Counted from the stretch's first letter, positions 48,631-60,388 are shown. The stretch is 64,000 nucleotides of DNA from Promethearchaeota archaeon (GCA_016839705.1 JAEOTR010000041.1:50251-114250), one strand, 5' to 3'. A program made the numbers and translations. Notes: a model not told the origin generated them from the sequence alone.

Positions 48631-49248
48631 GTGATTGAAATGGGATATGAATCTTCAAGTATTACTAAAGAATATAGGAAAAGTCAGAGATTTATAGCTT
48701 TAACATTCTTTATAATAATAGTTATTGCAAGTATAGTTACTCTGGGGGGAGTTGTTTGGACTTTTGCAGACATTTTTATCGGTACAACAGGAAAATGGGT
48801 TGCATTTCTTGGACTTAACTTAGGATATCAGATAGCTATTATTGGTGGGCTTCTAGCTGGGATGTTTTTCTTACTCGTTTTTTTCTTTGGATTATTTAAA
48901 AAAACTTCAAAGTCATTAATCCATTTTATATATAAAAAAAGGGAGCTTGAAGAAAAATATAAAAATCGAATGGATGTAAAAATTGCAGCATGGGGTTTAT
49001 TAATTAGTTTAATTGGTATTATTATCGGAGTTATTTTTGCAATTATCTTAGATATTTTTGCAAGTTCCTCGGGAGATCCATCAACTATAATGACTTTTTT
49101 GGGCAGTACTGGTCCTCGAGTGCTATTTATTGGAATTGGACTCTTTTTAATCGTTGGCATTGCCCTTTTTATGATTTATTTTTGGAAGAATGGGTATTAC
49201 CTGATATTAAGAATTTTGGGTGGCTTAGAAAAAGAAAAAAAGGATTAA
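48631..49248 (+). CDS. 4-TM membrane protein with an internal two-fold repeat
   Basis: Two similar TM-hairpin halves ending FFGLFKK and MIYFWKNG. Confidence 0.7.
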   Translation: MIEMGYESSSITKEYRKSQRFIALTFFIIIVIASIVTLGGVVWTFADIFIGTTGKWVAFLGLNLGYQIAIIGGLLAGMFFLLVFFFGLFKKTSKSLIHFIYKKRELEEKYKNRMDVKIAAWGLLISLIGIIIGVIFAIILDIFASSSGDPSTIMTFLGSTGPRVLFIGIGLFLIVGIALFMIYFWKNGYYLILRILGGLEKEKKD

Positions 49249-49383
49249 TTTAACAGAAACCTTAAATTTACTTTTTTTTTTGGTTAAATTAGAAATTTTC
49301 TGCCCTTATCTTTTTTTTATGTAAAAAACATCTCTAATACACTCAAACCATTATCATGAATCAAGCGTCGCCAAGTAAAGAAT

Positions 49384-50910
49384 ATGGCTATTAAAATTGG
49401 AACTGTGTTTAATTTTCTTCAATTACCTGATGTCTCACAGTTCCCTTTCGTTATCAGTAAAAGAAACGATGACACTTTTATTCAAAAAGGATTATTTGTC
49501 TATACATATTCTAATGAGGGATTCCTAATCGGCATTATTGAACGAATTGCTCTTTTAAATGAATACTTTACTGATGCCTTAACAATTAAAGCCTACAATA
49601 ACAATAACAATCCAAATATATTAAAAGGATTATTCCCAAGTGAGGATTTCGAATTCGCGATTGGTATTGTAAAATGTCTAGGAATAATAAAGTTCGAGGA
49701 TGATTCTGAAAGGGAAATTAAGAAGATTTTAAGAATGACTTATCCCGCTAGTCCTGGAAGAGACGTCTATATTCTTGAAGAAATCCTCCTTAATCAATTC
49801 ATTGGGTTTTCTAGAGAAGATGGGTTAGAAGTAGGTAAGGTTAAAGTTTGCACCATGGATGCAAAAATTAATATGAATAGGTTATTGAATAAACATTTTG
49901 CAATTCTTTCTATTTCTGGTGGTGGAAAAAGTTACCTTACATCAGTTCTCATTGAAGAATTATTAACAAGGGACGAGGAATATGGCACTCCCGCGATAAT
50001 ACTTTTTGATGTGCATGGTGAATATCTATATTTAAAGCAAACACCGGAATTACAAGACAGAGTAAGAATTCAAGATGTTTCCTATTTTCAAATAGCAGTC
50101 CCTAAAATGTCAGCATACTCCTTTAAAAAATATCAAGAAGACATTTCACCCGTTCAAGTACGAGAATTATCAAAATATATCAAAAAATTGAGGAAAAGGG
50201 ATGACAAGAAAGGACATTATGCCATAAGTGATATTATTAATCAAATTGAGGACGAATCTGATGGAAATAAAAGTACACGCCAAGCTTTAATAGGTTGGTT
50301 ATCTGATCTTGAACGTTTGACTTTATTTGGCTCTCAAGAAAATCCTACATTAGATAAAATAATTGAAAAACAAAAAATAACTATTTTTAATCTTCAAAAA
50401 GAGATAAGTATCAGAAAGAAGCAAATTATTCTAGACTACATTTGCGATCGATTATTTAAATTAAGAAGAATGGATAAAATTCCCCCATTTTTGCTTATTG
50501 TTGAAGAAGCCCATCAGTTTTGTCCTGAGGCTGCTCATTCTAAAGCAATTTCGAAACCTATAATTGAAATGATTGCAAGGGAGGGGAGAAAATTCATGGC
50601 ATGTTTATGTCTCATTAGTCAAAGACCTAAAAGATTAAGTACCACAGCCCTTTCTCAATGTAATTCAAAAATGGTATTAAATATAAAAAATCCTTATGAT
50701 TTAAAGCATCTTATGGATAGTTCTGAAGCAATCACCAAAGAATATGCCACAATGATTTCAAGTCTAGGGGTAGGTGAAATGTTACTAATGGGGAATGCGG
50801 TAAATTATCCTGTTTTTATTGACATAAGAGAAAGAAGATATAAATCTGTAACAGATAAAATATCACTATCTCAGGTTTGTTTGAGTTGGGATAAAAAACA
50901 ACTAAATTAA
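49384..50910 (+). CDS. herA: HerA/FtsK-family ATPase
   Basis: KHFAILSISGGGKS, FDVHGEY, VEEAHQF, IAREGRKF, SQRP, ALSQC. Confidence 0.85.
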   Translation: MAIKIGTVFNFLQLPDVSQFPFVISKRNDDTFIQKGLFVYTYSNEGFLIGIIERIALLNEYFTDALTIKAYNNNNNPNILKGLFPSEDFEFAIGIVKCLGIIKFEDDSEREIKKILRMTYPASPGRDVYILEEILLNQFIGFSREDGLEVGKVKVCTMDAKINMNRLLNKHFAILSISGGGKSYLTSVLIEELLTRDEEYGTPAIILFDVHGEYLYLKQTPELQDRVRIQDVSYFQIAVPKMSAYSFKKYQEDISPVQVRELSKYIKKLRKRDDKKGHYAISDIINQIEDESDGNKSTRQALIGWLSDLERLTLFGSQENPTLDKIIEKQKITIFNLQKEISIRKKQIILDYICDRLFKLRRMDKIPPFLLIVEEAHQFCPEAAHSKAISKPIIEMIAREGRKFMACLCLISQRPKRLSTTALSQCNSKMVLNIKNPYDLKHLMDSSEAITKEYATMISSLGVGEMLLMGNAVNYPVFIDIRERRYKSVTDKISLSQVCLSWDKKQLN

Positions 50911-51183
50911 ATCTCTAGTAAGTTCTTCCCTTATCACTTTGTTACGCTTATTAAACACAATCATTTTTTTATTCTTAGATACGCGAAACACATTGATTAT
51001 TCCCATACTCTCCATTTTCATGAATAATTCTTCTAAAAGTAAATAATTAACATGTGGGAATTCTTTCCTTAAGAGCTCTTCAAGACGTTTATCCAAGATT
51101 TCTCCCTTGTTTTTAATTAAGAGATCCATAATTGAATTTATAATCGGTTTTTTATTCCAACGACTAGATTCGATATTAATCAC
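50902..51183 (-). CDS. small winged-helix protein downstream of cdc48
   Basis: Helix-helix-helix plus MESMGIINV wing pattern. Confidence 0.65.
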   Translation of the reverse strand: MINIESSRWNKKPIINSIMDLLIKNKGEILDKRLEELLRKEFPHVNYLLLEELFMKMESMGIINVFRVSKNKKMIVFNKRNKVIREELTRDLI

Positions 51184-51258
51184 CTGATGAATTTATTTAA
51201 AATTGGGTTTATTTAATCTACATTTGATAGTATTTTCTTTCTAAATAATATTATGTCC

Positions 51259-53502
51259 TTATACAAATAGTCTATCTTCTTTCTTTTCTTCTATTCTTCT
51301 ACTTTTTAATTTTTCACCGAATTTTTCATACCAATCAATTATTTCTTTTGTCATCGTAGGATGCATATCTTTTCTGGATTCTTTGAAATGATCTTCTGTA
51401 ACTTTTCTTGCTCTAATATTTTCTCGAAGCGCTAACATCGCAGCTTCACGGCACCATGTTTCTAAATCCGCACCAGAAAATCCCTCGGTTAACTCAGTTA
51501 ATTTTTCAATGCTTATATTCGTGGCTAGAGGCATTTGCTTTGTGAATATTTTAAGGATTTCAATTTTTGCTTTATGATCTGGGGGAGGAACCAACAAAAT
51601 ACGATCAATTCTTCCAGGTCTAATCAGTGCAGGATCTAAAATATCAGGGCGATTAGTTGCAGCTATCACGACGATATCTTTCATTACTTCTAATCCATCT
51701 AATTCTGTTAAAAATTGAGATAATACTTTTTCTGATACTCCTGAATCAGATGTATATCTTCCACGACTTGGTGCTATTGAATCGAATTCATCAAAAAAGA
51801 TAATACATGGCGCTGCCATTTTAGCTTTTCTAAATACTTCTCTTATGGCTTTTTCACTTTCCCCGACCCATTTAGAAAGAAGTTCTGGTCCCTTTATTGA
51901 TATAAAATTCGCTTTACTTTCTGTAGCAACTGCCCTTGCAAGTAAAGTTTTACCACATCCAGGAGGTCCATATAACAAAATCCCTTTCGGAGGTGATATT
52001 CCCATACGGGTAAATATAGTTGGATGAGACAGTGGCCATTCTACAGCCTCAACTAATCGTTGTTTTAATTCTTCTAACCCTCCTACTTGATCCCAGGTTA
52101 CATTTGGAACTTCGACGAATACTTCTCTTATTCCAGAGGGTAATACCTCTTTTAAGGCAGAATCGAAATCATTTTGAGTTACCTCAATTTGCTCTAAAAG
52201 CTCTGGATCAATAATCTCTGATTCTAAATCTATGTGGGGTAAATATCTTCTTAATGCTGCCATCGCAGCCTCTCGAGATACAGCAGATATATCTGCCCCA
52301 ACAAACCCATGAGTTATTTTTGAAAATTGTTTTAATGAAATTGTCTTATCTAAGGGCATATTACGTGTATGAATTTGAAAAATCTCTAACCTTCCCTTTT
52401 CATTTGGTACTTTTATCTCAATTTCACGATCAAATCTCCCAGGTCTCCTTAAAGCAGGATCCAAGGAATTTGGTCTATTGGTTGCCCCAATGACAATAAC
52501 CTTACCCCTTCCATGCAAACCGTCCATTAAGGCCAAAAGCTGAGCAACTACTCGACGTTCTACCTCTCCAGTAACAGTTTCTCTTTTTGGAGCAATAGCA
52601 TCTATTTCATCAATAAAGATAATAGATGGGCTTTTTTCTTCAGCTTCAATAAAAAGCTTTCGTAGTTTTTTCTCAGATTCGCCGTAAAATTTGCTCATAA
52701 CTTCTGGTCCATTTATTGATATAAAATGTGCTTCACTCTCATTAGCAACAGCTTTAGCGAGTAAAGTCTTCCCACAACCGGGTGGTCCTCTTAACAATAC
52801 CCCTTTTGGAGGATCTATTCCTAGTCGTTTAAATAAAGAAGGATGTCTCAAAGGCAATTCAACCATTTCTCTAACACGTTGGATTTCCCTATCCAGACCA
52901 CCAACATCTTCATATGTAATATAACCAACACCAGTTTCAACATCTTCGGTAACTTTTTCACTAATGTTGAGAACGGTTTCTGGTTTTATTATGCACACAA
53001 CGTTTGGTCTCATACTAATTACTTTAAAGGTAATCTCTCTGCTGATCCCTAAAGAAATGAATACAAAATCATCAACTGTTATCGGATAGTTAGTTAACTT
53101 TCTTTTGACAAAACTTTCGAATCGGGGAGTATTTCTTAATTTCACGCTTGATGGTGCTAAAACTATATTTTGCGCAACCTCTGCTTTTACTTTGCGAATT
53201 TCCACTGTATCATCTATTCTTGTTCCTGTGTTCTTCTGTAATCTTGAGTCAACACGAACAATTCCTAAACCATTATCTTGAGGATAACTTGGCCATGCAA
53301 TCCCTGCACTCTGTTTCTTACCAATGACCTCAATGTGATCACCAGTTTGAATATTTAATTTTTCCATTGTCTTTTGGTCAATTCTTATTATACTCTTCCC
53401 AATATCTCTCTTTTTGGCTTTTTGGACTCTTAAAACGACACTAGGGGCTTTATTTTCCCCATTCTCAATGTCTTTATCCTCTTTATTGTCTTTCGACGAC
53501 AT
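51259..53502 (-). CDS. cdc48: CDC48/VCP AAA+ ATPase
   Basis: N-domain plus two AAA modules ([11 protein letters not shown] twice, [15 protein letters not shown]). Confidence 0.97.
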   Translation of the reverse strand: MSSKDNKEDKDIENGENKAPSVVLRVQKAKKRDIGKSIIRIDQKTMEKLNIQTGDHIEVIGKKQSAGIAWPSYPQDNGLGIVRVDSRLQKNTGTRIDDTVEIRKVKAEVAQNIVLAPSSVKLRNTPRFESFVKRKLTNYPITVDDFVFISLGISREITFKVISMRPNVVCIIKPETVLNISEKVTEDVETGVGYITYEDVGGLDREIQRVREMVELPLRHPSLFKRLGIDPPKGVLLRGPPGCGKTLLAKAVANESEAHFISINGPEVMSKFYGESEKKLRKLFIEAEEKSPSIIFIDEIDAIAPKRETVTGEVERRVVAQLLALMDGLHGRGKVIVIGATNRPNSLDPALRRPGRFDREIEIKVPNEKGRLEIFQIHTRNMPLDKTISLKQFSKITHGFVGADISAVSREAAMAALRRYLPHIDLESEIIDPELLEQIEVTQNDFDSALKEVLPSGIREVFVEVPNVTWDQVGGLEELKQRLVEAVEWPLSHPTIFTRMGISPPKGILLYGPPGCGKTLLARAVATESKANFISIKGPELLSKWVGESEKAIREVFRKAKMAAPCIIFFDEFDSIAPSRGRYTSDSGVSEKVLSQFLTELDGLEVMKDIVVIAATNRPDILDPALIRPGRIDRILLVPPPDHKAKIEILKIFTKQMPLATNISIEKLTELTEGFSGADLETWCREAAMLALRENIRARKVTEDHFKESRKDMHPTMTKEIIDWYEKFGEKLKSRRIEEKKEDRLFV

Positions 53503-53591
53503 AATATTTCAATTATTAGTAAATACTTTTCAACTAAGATTTTAAATTAATAATTCTGTAAAAATTTTTCTATTTTTTTTTAAGCGATTCC

Positions 53592-54647
53592 TTAAGAACT
53601 TTTAAGAAAATCATCCAGAGATACTTGGACTTTAGAGGAATCTAATTTCCTTAAGCGATCTAAAGCATTTTGCACCCTCTGTCTTGAGAAATTATGTTGT
53701 TCAATTAGTAATTCCTCAATTCTTTCATAATTGATCTTTTTAGATTTTGGTGCATTATAATCCTTTTTAACATCAGGAAACAAAAATATTTTTTTAACTT
53801 GCTCTGCTAATTTTAGATCTAAATTAATTTCTTTAGTTCCCACTTTAACTTTATTTTTTAAGATATTTTCAATAGAGCCAAATTTTTTAATTAACTCTAA
53901 GGCAGTCTTTTGACCAATTCCTTTAATCCCTGGGAAAAAATCAGTTCCAATTAAAATGCCCATTTCAACTAGCTGCTCACGGTTTATCTCTAATTTCTTT
54001 AAAAATTTTGATAATGAAACATATTCTATATCTAAAGTTACAGTTGTATCTCTTACTTTTTTCGTTCGATTAATGGCGAAATTCCGGAGTAATCTATCAC
54101 CCCCAAATAATAGAGTGTCATAATCTTGAGAAGCACAAGCCCAAGCATCTCCAACCTCAACCATATATGCGGATTGAGCTTCCCCTTCAGAGCTAGCTTG
54201 AATAATTGGAATACCCATAGATTCAATTAATTTTTTGCTTTCCTCAATCATGTCTGCATCAAGTTTAGATGTCAATTGTGCAAATTTCTTTGCTTCTTTA
54301 AAGTCTTCAGCATCTTGAGCTTCGATCATTTTCTTTTGAGCTTCTACCTTAATTTTTTTCCGTTCTCTAATCGTTTCTAACTTTAAATCAGAAGAAATCC
54401 CATCAAAAACATAAATTGGTTTGATATTATGCTCTAAAAAATTTATACTCCTGTAGAATAATCCTGATAGATGTGAGGTAATATTTCCTTGGTAATCTTT
54501 TAAAGGAGTTCCATCTCGTTGGCGGATTATAGCTAAAAATTGATATATTGTGTTAAACGCGTCAATACTTATAACTTTTTTAAAAAGATTATCAAACGTT
54601 ATTGTTCTTTTAACTTCATTTACTAATTCATTGATTTTTAATCCCAT
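53592..54647 (-). CDS. fen1: flap endonuclease 1
   Basis: IDAFNTIYQFL, SHLSGLFYR, EGEAQ, SQDYD, GTDF, PIP box QVSLDDFL. Confidence 0.97.
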   Translation of the reverse strand: MGLKINELVNEVKRTITFDNLFKKVISIDAFNTIYQFLAIIRQRDGTPLKDYQGNITSHLSGLFYRSINFLEHNIKPIYVFDGISSDLKLETIRERKKIKVEAQKKMIEAQDAEDFKEAKKFAQLTSKLDADMIEESKKLIESMGIPIIQASSEGEAQSAYMVEVGDAWACASQDYDTLLFGGDRLLRNFAINRTKKVRDTTVTLDIEYVSLSKFLKKLEINREQLVEMGILIGTDFFPGIKGIGQKTALELIKKFGSIENILKNKVKVGTKEINLDLKLAEQVKKIFLFPDVKKDYNAPKSKKINYERIEELLIEQHNFSRQRVQNALDRLRKLDSSKVQVSLDDFLKSS

Positions 54648-54716
54648 GGTAACACTTTTACCTCTTTTTTACTCCTGCAATCATTATTTATGATCCAATT
54701 TATATAATTACCACGA

Positions 54717-55250
54717 TTATAATTCTTTACTTTTTGGTCTTCTTTTTAACTTGGAACCACATATTTCACATCTTCTCTTTAGGTCTTCTGCTTTAAAAGT
54801 CTTTTGACAAAACGAACAATACACTTCCCACATAATTTTTGTTTCAATTCCCTCTTTATATAATGGAGAATAGGAGATATTTAATTCAGAACATACGTTT
54901 TCAATTGAATAATCATCCGAAAAAAGAATTACATTTTGATTTTCAGTATCAATTAGTTCAACGGCTAAAGCTATAAGTTGTTTATCCGCTTCAGATAAGG
55001 CATTAAAATCACCAGTATTCTTTGCCTTTTCTTCAACAATTTTAGAATACTTCTCCATTGGGGATTTTATAATTAACTTTTTATTATCTAAAGCAACTTG
55101 TATTCGGTTTAAGATATTTCTATTCTTTTCTTTATATTTATAAAATTTGATTTCTTCGATAATCCTAGGAGTAGTATATATTATTCCTGGTATTAAATTA
55201 AACTCTAATCCTTTTAGAAATATATTAGTATCAAATATGTGAAACTTCAT
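54717..55250 (-). CDS. nob1: rRNA endonuclease Nob1 (PIN plus Zn ribbon)
   Basis: FDTN, TGD...LSEAD, SDDYSIENV, CSFC...CEICG. Confidence 0.9.
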   Translation of the reverse strand: MKFHIFDTNIFLKGLEFNLIPGIIYTTPRIIEEIKFYKYKEKNRNILNRIQVALDNKKLIIKSPMEKYSKIVEEKAKNTGDFNALSEADKQLIALAVELIDTENQNVILFSDDYSIENVCSELNISYSPLYKEGIETKIMWEVYCSFCQKTFKAEDLKRRCEICGSKLKRRPKSKEL

Positions 55251-55261
55251 TATTCAAATAA

Positions 55262-56185
55262 TTATTCCTCTGGGCTATCATCCAAAGGTACTCTGACAGT
55301 TCCTATAATTTTCTTTCTTAAACGTGAATAATAACTTCTCTTAAAACGAATAAACTTATTTTTAGTAGTTGATTTACGAATTCTGATTCTCGTATTAGGT
55401 GCAATTCTTTTAATTATACGTTGTCCATCAATAACAATTTTTGCATCTAATCGGGGTCTTAAAACCTGAATTTCAACAACAGAATCAAGTGAAACTATAA
55501 TTGGCTTTAACCCTGATCCTGCAAAACTATTTAAAGGGGTAATTTGCATAACTTCTATACTAGGATTCACAATTGCTCCTCCTGCACTTAAATTATACGC
55601 TGTGGATCCTGTTGATGTAGAAATTATTACGCCATCCAAATAACTTCGATTAAGAAACACATTGTTTATCCTTATTGATACTTGTAAAACCTTGGAACTT
55701 TTGGAGGATATAATCAAAACCTCATTTAAAGCATCACTTAATCTAATTTCATCAGAGTTTTTGACGATATAGGGTGTTATTTTCGAACATATTTCATATT
55801 CATATTCACCCTTTAATGCCTTCGATAAGTCTTTAAAAATTGTTATTTCATTTGATTCATCTAAGAAACCTATAGAACCAACATTTACTCCTAAAATAGG
55901 GGGAGGATCTCTTTGAGATAAACTGCTAGCAACTCGTAATACAGAACCATCTCCTCCAATTATAATAATGAATTTTATGTTTTTTTCAGTCATCTCACTT
56001 AAATCCATGCCATTATGTGGAAAAATCTTTGGCGCGATTCTCGTTTCTAAAGAAACTACTTCCCCGTTCTTAACTAAAAACTCAAATATTTTCTTTGCTA
56101 ACTTAATTGCTCTTTCTGAATCCAGTCTACATGCTATAGCAATAGGTTTCTTTTCCATAATTCTCTGCCTTTGAAATGAATTCAC
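55262..56185 (-). CDS. nadK: NAD kinase
   Basis: GGDGSVL, GVNVGSIGFL, ALNE, STGSTAYNLSAGG. Confidence 0.95.
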   Translation of the reverse strand: MNSFQRQRIMEKKPIAIACRLDSERAIKLAKKIFEFLVKNGEVVSLETRIAPKIFPHNGMDLSEMTEKNIKFIIIIGGDGSVLRVASSLSQRDPPPILGVNVGSIGFLDESNEITIFKDLSKALKGEYEYEICSKITPYIVKNSDEIRLSDALNEVLIISSKSSKVLQVSIRINNVFLNRSYLDGVIISTSTGSTAYNLSAGGAIVNPSIEVMQITPLNSFAGSGLKPIIVSLDSVVEIQVLRPRLDAKIVIDGQRIIKRIAPNTRIRIRKSTTKNKFIRFKRSYYSRLRKKIIGTVRVPLDDSPEE

Positions 56186-56282
56186 ACCTAATTAATCAAT
56201 ATTAAATCTTGATCCAAAAAATAAAGGATTATCTGGAAATTAAAATTAATGATTTTTGACCTTTATAATCTTCAAAGCGGGA

Positions 56283-56723
56283 TTAGTTAGTGAAAACTCT
56301 ATTGATAAGAGTTTTACCAGCTAGTTGCCAATAATCAACTTGGGCTGTGGAAATTTTATCTGGACTTGCTTGGAGTTCTTTTAATTTCTTTATTAAATCC
56401 TCTTCTTTCGGCCAATCAACGTCAATTGATTCATATGATTCTAAATCCATAATATTTATTGAATTATCTTCAATAAAGTTGATTTGAGCACTTCCCTTGA
56501 ATATCTCAGGAACCTCAACCATATGACCACTTGGAATGGTTAGTGAGCGTTTGTTGTTGTCAAAGAGACCAACACATACTACCCTAACTTTAGCGTGACC
56601 ATGTTTCCCACTTTTAGACCTTTCTGTTGACTTAATAATGCAAGGTTCGCTCTCATCTCCCTCTCCAACCATGATATATTGCCCGTTTTTTAACTTCTGT
56701 ATCTCTGTTCTTCTAATAGACAA
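56283..56723 (-). CDS. eif5a: translation factor aIF5A/eIF5A
   Basis: SKSGKHGHAK hypusine motif. Confidence 0.95.
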   Translation of the reverse strand: MSIRRTEIQKLKNGQYIMVGEGDESEPCIIKSTERSKSGKHGHAKVRVVCVGLFDNNKRSLTIPSGHMVEVPEIFKGSAQINFIEDNSINIMDLESYESIDVDWPKEEDLIKKLKELQASPDKISTAQVDYWQLAGKTLINRVFTN

Positions 56724-56876
56724 TCAGTTTTACACCTCAGTTTATTAATTTATATCCAAAATTTTTTAATTTTGACATTTCTTTTTCTTTATGATAATAT
56801 TATATTATTTCAAAAAAAAATATTAGTTTTTGAGACTTTTTTGAAATACAAATAAAAATTTAAAAGCTGGGATTAA

Positions 56877-58250
56877 ATGGTTTTAGAAAAACTTGGTAGA
56901 TCTTTAGATAATGCCATTCGTAAAATTAGACGTTTACCTATAGTAGATAAAGATGCAGTAGACGCGCTACTACAAGATCTTCAACGCAGTTTACTACAAG
57001 CTGATGTGCTTGTGGAACTAGTTTTTGAAATGACAGAAAACATAAGAAAAGAAGCAATGAATACAAAGCTACAGAAAGCCCGAAGGAAAGACTTTATAAT
57101 AAAATTAGTACATGACGAATTAATTCATCTTTTAGGAGGGAAACCTTCCCCAATTCGGATAAAACCTGGAAAAAAGAATGTAATTTTACTCGTTGGGATT
57201 CAAGGTTCTGGAAAAACAACTACAATTGGTAAACTTGCGAAATATTATAAAAGTAAAGGATTTAAGGTTGCAGCTTTAACAACCGATACATGGCGCCCCG
57301 GAGCTTATGAACAATTAGTACAATTAACCAGTAAAATTGGGGTCAAATGTTATGGGAATCCAAATGAAAAAAATGCAATTAAAATTGCTATCCAAGAGAC
57401 AAAAAAAGCGATCAATGATGGTAATGATCTGATAATTGCTGATACCGCAGGAAGACATAAAGAAGAGAAAGAATTAATGAAAGAAATGACCATTCTTGAA
57501 CAAAAATTTAAACCTAACGAAGTTTGTCTGGTGATTGATGGAACTCTCGGCCAACAAGCCTTCAATCAGGCAGAAGAATTTGCTAAAACCACTAATCTTG
57601 GAAGCATTATCGTCACAAAACTAGACGGAACGGCTAAAGGTGGGGGTGCTCTGTCGGCATGTGCTGCGACGAATGTTGGGATTAGATTTATAGGTACTGG
57701 AGAAAAAATCGATGATCTTGAAGAATTTGAACCTACAAAGTTTGTCGGAACCCTCCTTGGGGTACCAGATTTAGAATCATTAGTTCAAAAAGTGCAAGAA
57801 GCTGAAATTACACCAGATGATGAGACAGTAAGACGAATGATGCACGGAAAATTCACACTTGAAGATTTGTATATTCAATTGTCTCAGATTAAGAAAGTGG
57901 GAAAATTTCAGCAAATATTATCAATGATGGGCGGTGGAAATATCCCAGACGCTTTAAAGGACGATGCAGAGCGAAACCTTGAAAGATGGAGAATAGTGTT
58001 AGACTCTATGACCCATGAAGAGAAAATGGAACCAAAAATCATTAAAAAGACGAGGAAAAGAAGGATTGCTATTGGTTCAGGAACTAATTATTCCGTAATA
58101 AATAAAATGCTTGATCAGTATAACCAAATGAAGAAGTTTATGAAAAGATTTCTACAAATGCAAAAGAAAGGAAAAAGCATCCCTGGTATGCCTGGTTTAC
58201 CCGGTGGAAAAGCTGGTGCGGATTTCATGAAAAAGTTAGGTAAATTTTAG
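56877..58250 (+). CDS. srp54: signal recognition particle protein SRP54
   Basis: GIQGSGKTT, DTAGRH, TKLDGTAKGGG, M-domain. Confidence 0.97.
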   Translation: MVLEKLGRSLDNAIRKIRRLPIVDKDAVDALLQDLQRSLLQADVLVELVFEMTENIRKEAMNTKLQKARRKDFIIKLVHDELIHLLGGKPSPIRIKPGKKNVILLVGIQGSGKTTTIGKLAKYYKSKGFKVAALTTDTWRPGAYEQLVQLTSKIGVKCYGNPNEKNAIKIAIQETKKAINDGNDLIIADTAGRHKEEKELMKEMTILEQKFKPNEVCLVIDGTLGQQAFNQAEEFAKTTNLGSIIVTKLDGTAKGGGALSACAATNVGIRFIGTGEKIDDLEEFEPTKFVGTLLGVPDLESLVQKVQEAEITPDDETVRRMMHGKFTLEDLYIQLSQIKKVGKFQQILSMMGGGNIPDALKDDAERNLERWRIVLDSMTHEEKMEPKIIKKTRKRRIAIGSGTNYSVINKMLDQYNQMKKFMKRFLQMQKKGKSIPGMPGLPGGKAGADFMKKLGKF

Positions 58251-58275
58251 TAATTATTTTATATTAAAATTAAGT

Positions 58276-58926
58276 TTGATTAGATTGGTTAACTTCCTAT
58301 TACTCATTGAAGAGATTATTCAATATAATAAAGAGAACATTGATAAAGGTCTCACTCCTCAAAAAATCTACGAGTTATGTTCCTGTATTAGAGAAACTTT
58401 TTGTTTATCATATTCGATTAGGAAAGATAATAATCTATTTTTATATTTTCAAAAAGAATATATTTTTGTTAGTTTTATCGGTGAAGAATTAAGGTACTTG
58501 GGGCCGGATGAACGATCTCAAGCTCTACTATTAGAGAAAGCTTTGAAAAAATCTAAAGGGATAGATCCCAACTTAGAAGAGGGAAGAAAACTATCGACTC
58601 CGGGAATTTATATCTCAAGGTTTTTTGATCATATTTCATTTCTCGGTTATTTTAAGTCCATAGTTAGGGGAACCTTTTATCTCATAACTGATAAAGATGA
58701 ATATTTTAGAAAGGAAAGAGTTATTAATACTTTTAATCTCACTTTTGAACCGTTTTTAGATGATATTGCTTTTATATTACCAGCTTATGAGAATTCTAAT
58801 AATGATTCAAAGATCTTGAATTTATTTCAGGAAATGAAAAATATAAAATTCTTTTCTCTTTCTAAAATTAAACAAATAGAAAATAAAATTTTATATCTTA
58901 ATTATCTAAAAGATCTTCAAAAATAA
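58276..58926 (+). CDS. TrmY-like SPOUT protein, divergent
   Basis: F.LSYSIR, GEELRYLGPDERS, STPGIYI. Confidence 0.6.
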   Translation: MIRLVNFLLLIEEIIQYNKENIDKGLTPQKIYELCSCIRETFCLSYSIRKDNNLFLYFQKEYIFVSFIGEELRYLGPDERSQALLLEKALKKSKGIDPNLEEGRKLSTPGIYISRFFDHISFLGYFKSIVRGTFYLITDKDEYFRKERVINTFNLTFEPFLDDIAFILPAYENSNNDSKILNLFQEMKNIKFFSLSKIKQIENKILYLNYLKDLQK

Positions 58927-58934
58927 GCATAGTT

Positions 58935-60335
58935 ATGATTTTAACAAACGGTAAAATCTTCTCTGGAGGATTAATACATAACGGAGATATACTCATCAAC
59001 AACGGCATAATCTCAAAAGTCGTATATGAACCAGAGGAGCAAGAATTCAAAAAATTGGTTAATAAAAATCAAGACGGGAAAATCATAGACTGTGAAAATA
59101 AAATTGTCTTACCTGGAATAATCGATATCCATTCTCATTTACGCGATATGAAACAAAGCGAGAAAGAAACCTTCTTTACAGGAACGATGGCTGCAGCATA
59201 TTCGGGAATTACAACTGTCTTTAACATGCCTAATACGAATCCCCCTGCTAATACTGAGGATCAAGTTAAAAAGTGGATGGATAAAGCTAAAAATAGCATC
59301 AACGTAGATGTCGGATTCATTGCTGGTGTTCCTAAAGGAATTGATGAAGATCAGATTAAAAAAATATTAGATTTAGGTGTAATTGGTTTTAAAATTTACC
59401 CATTAAGTCCATTAAGCGAAATTGATTGGAAAAAATCTGTATCCCTTCAAAAAATCCTAGATATATCTTCTAAATATCAAGTTCCTATATTTATTCATGC
59501 TGCTTTTCCTATCTCCGACAAAGAACATCACAAATTAGTTGATGATTTTAAAGTAATAAAATTTCCTATCCTAGAGTTTCATGATAGATTAAATCCTGTT
59601 AGGATGGAAGTAAAATATTCTGAGTTTGTGATACAAAATTATAAGGACTACATCACAGATAATAAAACAGAACCTAAGAGATATCCAATTATTCATTTTT
59701 GTCATGTAAGTTGTAAAGAGGCTTTTCTACTTATCCAGAAAGCAATAAATTCAGATAAAAACTTTCGAATAACTTTTGAAGTTACTCCTCATCATCTACT
59801 TTTATCAAAGGATATATCATTAGATAATGAAACTCACGGGAAAGTTTTACCTCCCTTAAGAGGTAGAGAACATAGTCAATTTTTGTTAAATGAACTCAAA
59901 GAAGGCAATATATTATTAATTGGAACTGATCATGCTCCTCATACTAGAGAAGAAAAATCTCAAGAATATTTAAAAACACCATCCGGGTTTCCTGGTTTTG
60001 AAACTTATCCAATAATATTGTTTGATCAAATTTTTAGATACAAACTCTCCTTAGAAAACTTTGTAAAGGCCTCTTCAGAAAATCCGGCAAAAGTTTTTAA
60101 TTTGAGAAATAAAGGCTTTATTGAAGAAGGATATGATGCGGATTTAATAATAATTAATAAAATCCCTGAATATTTGATTAAGGCCCAGAATTTTAAGACT
60201 AAAGCTAAATTTTCTCCATTTGAAAACTTTACTAGCACAGTTAATATTTGGAAAGTTTTCTTGAAAGGAATTGAAATAAATGTTGAGAAACATATCACAA
60301 AAGGGACAATCATAAAAGCGAACTATAAAGTATAA
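58935..60335 (+). CDS. pyrC: dihydroorotase / cyclic amidohydrolase
   Basis: PGIIDIHSHLR, MPNTNP, EVTPHHL, PPLR, GTDHAPH. Confidence 0.85.
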   Translation: MILTNGKIFSGGLIHNGDILINNGIISKVVYEPEEQEFKKLVNKNQDGKIIDCENKIVLPGIIDIHSHLRDMKQSEKETFFTGTMAAAYSGITTVFNMPNTNPPANTEDQVKKWMDKAKNSINVDVGFIAGVPKGIDEDQIKKILDLGVIGFKIYPLSPLSEIDWKKSVSLQKILDISSKYQVPIFIHAAFPISDKEHHKLVDDFKVIKFPILEFHDRLNPVRMEVKYSEFVIQNYKDYITDNKTEPKRYPIIHFCHVSCKEAFLLIQKAINSDKNFRITFEVTPHHLLLSKDISLDNETHGKVLPPLRGREHSQFLLNELKEGNILLIGTDHAPHTREEKSQEYLKTPSGFPGFETYPIILFDQIFRYKLSLENFVKASSENPAKVFNLRNKGFIEEGYDADLIIINKIPEYLIKAQNFKTKAKFSPFENFTSTVNIWKVFLKGIEINVEKHITKGTIIKANYKV

Positions 60336-60388
60336 ATGGTTAAACGATATAATATTACATAACTCAAAAGAATCATGTGAAATAGAAT

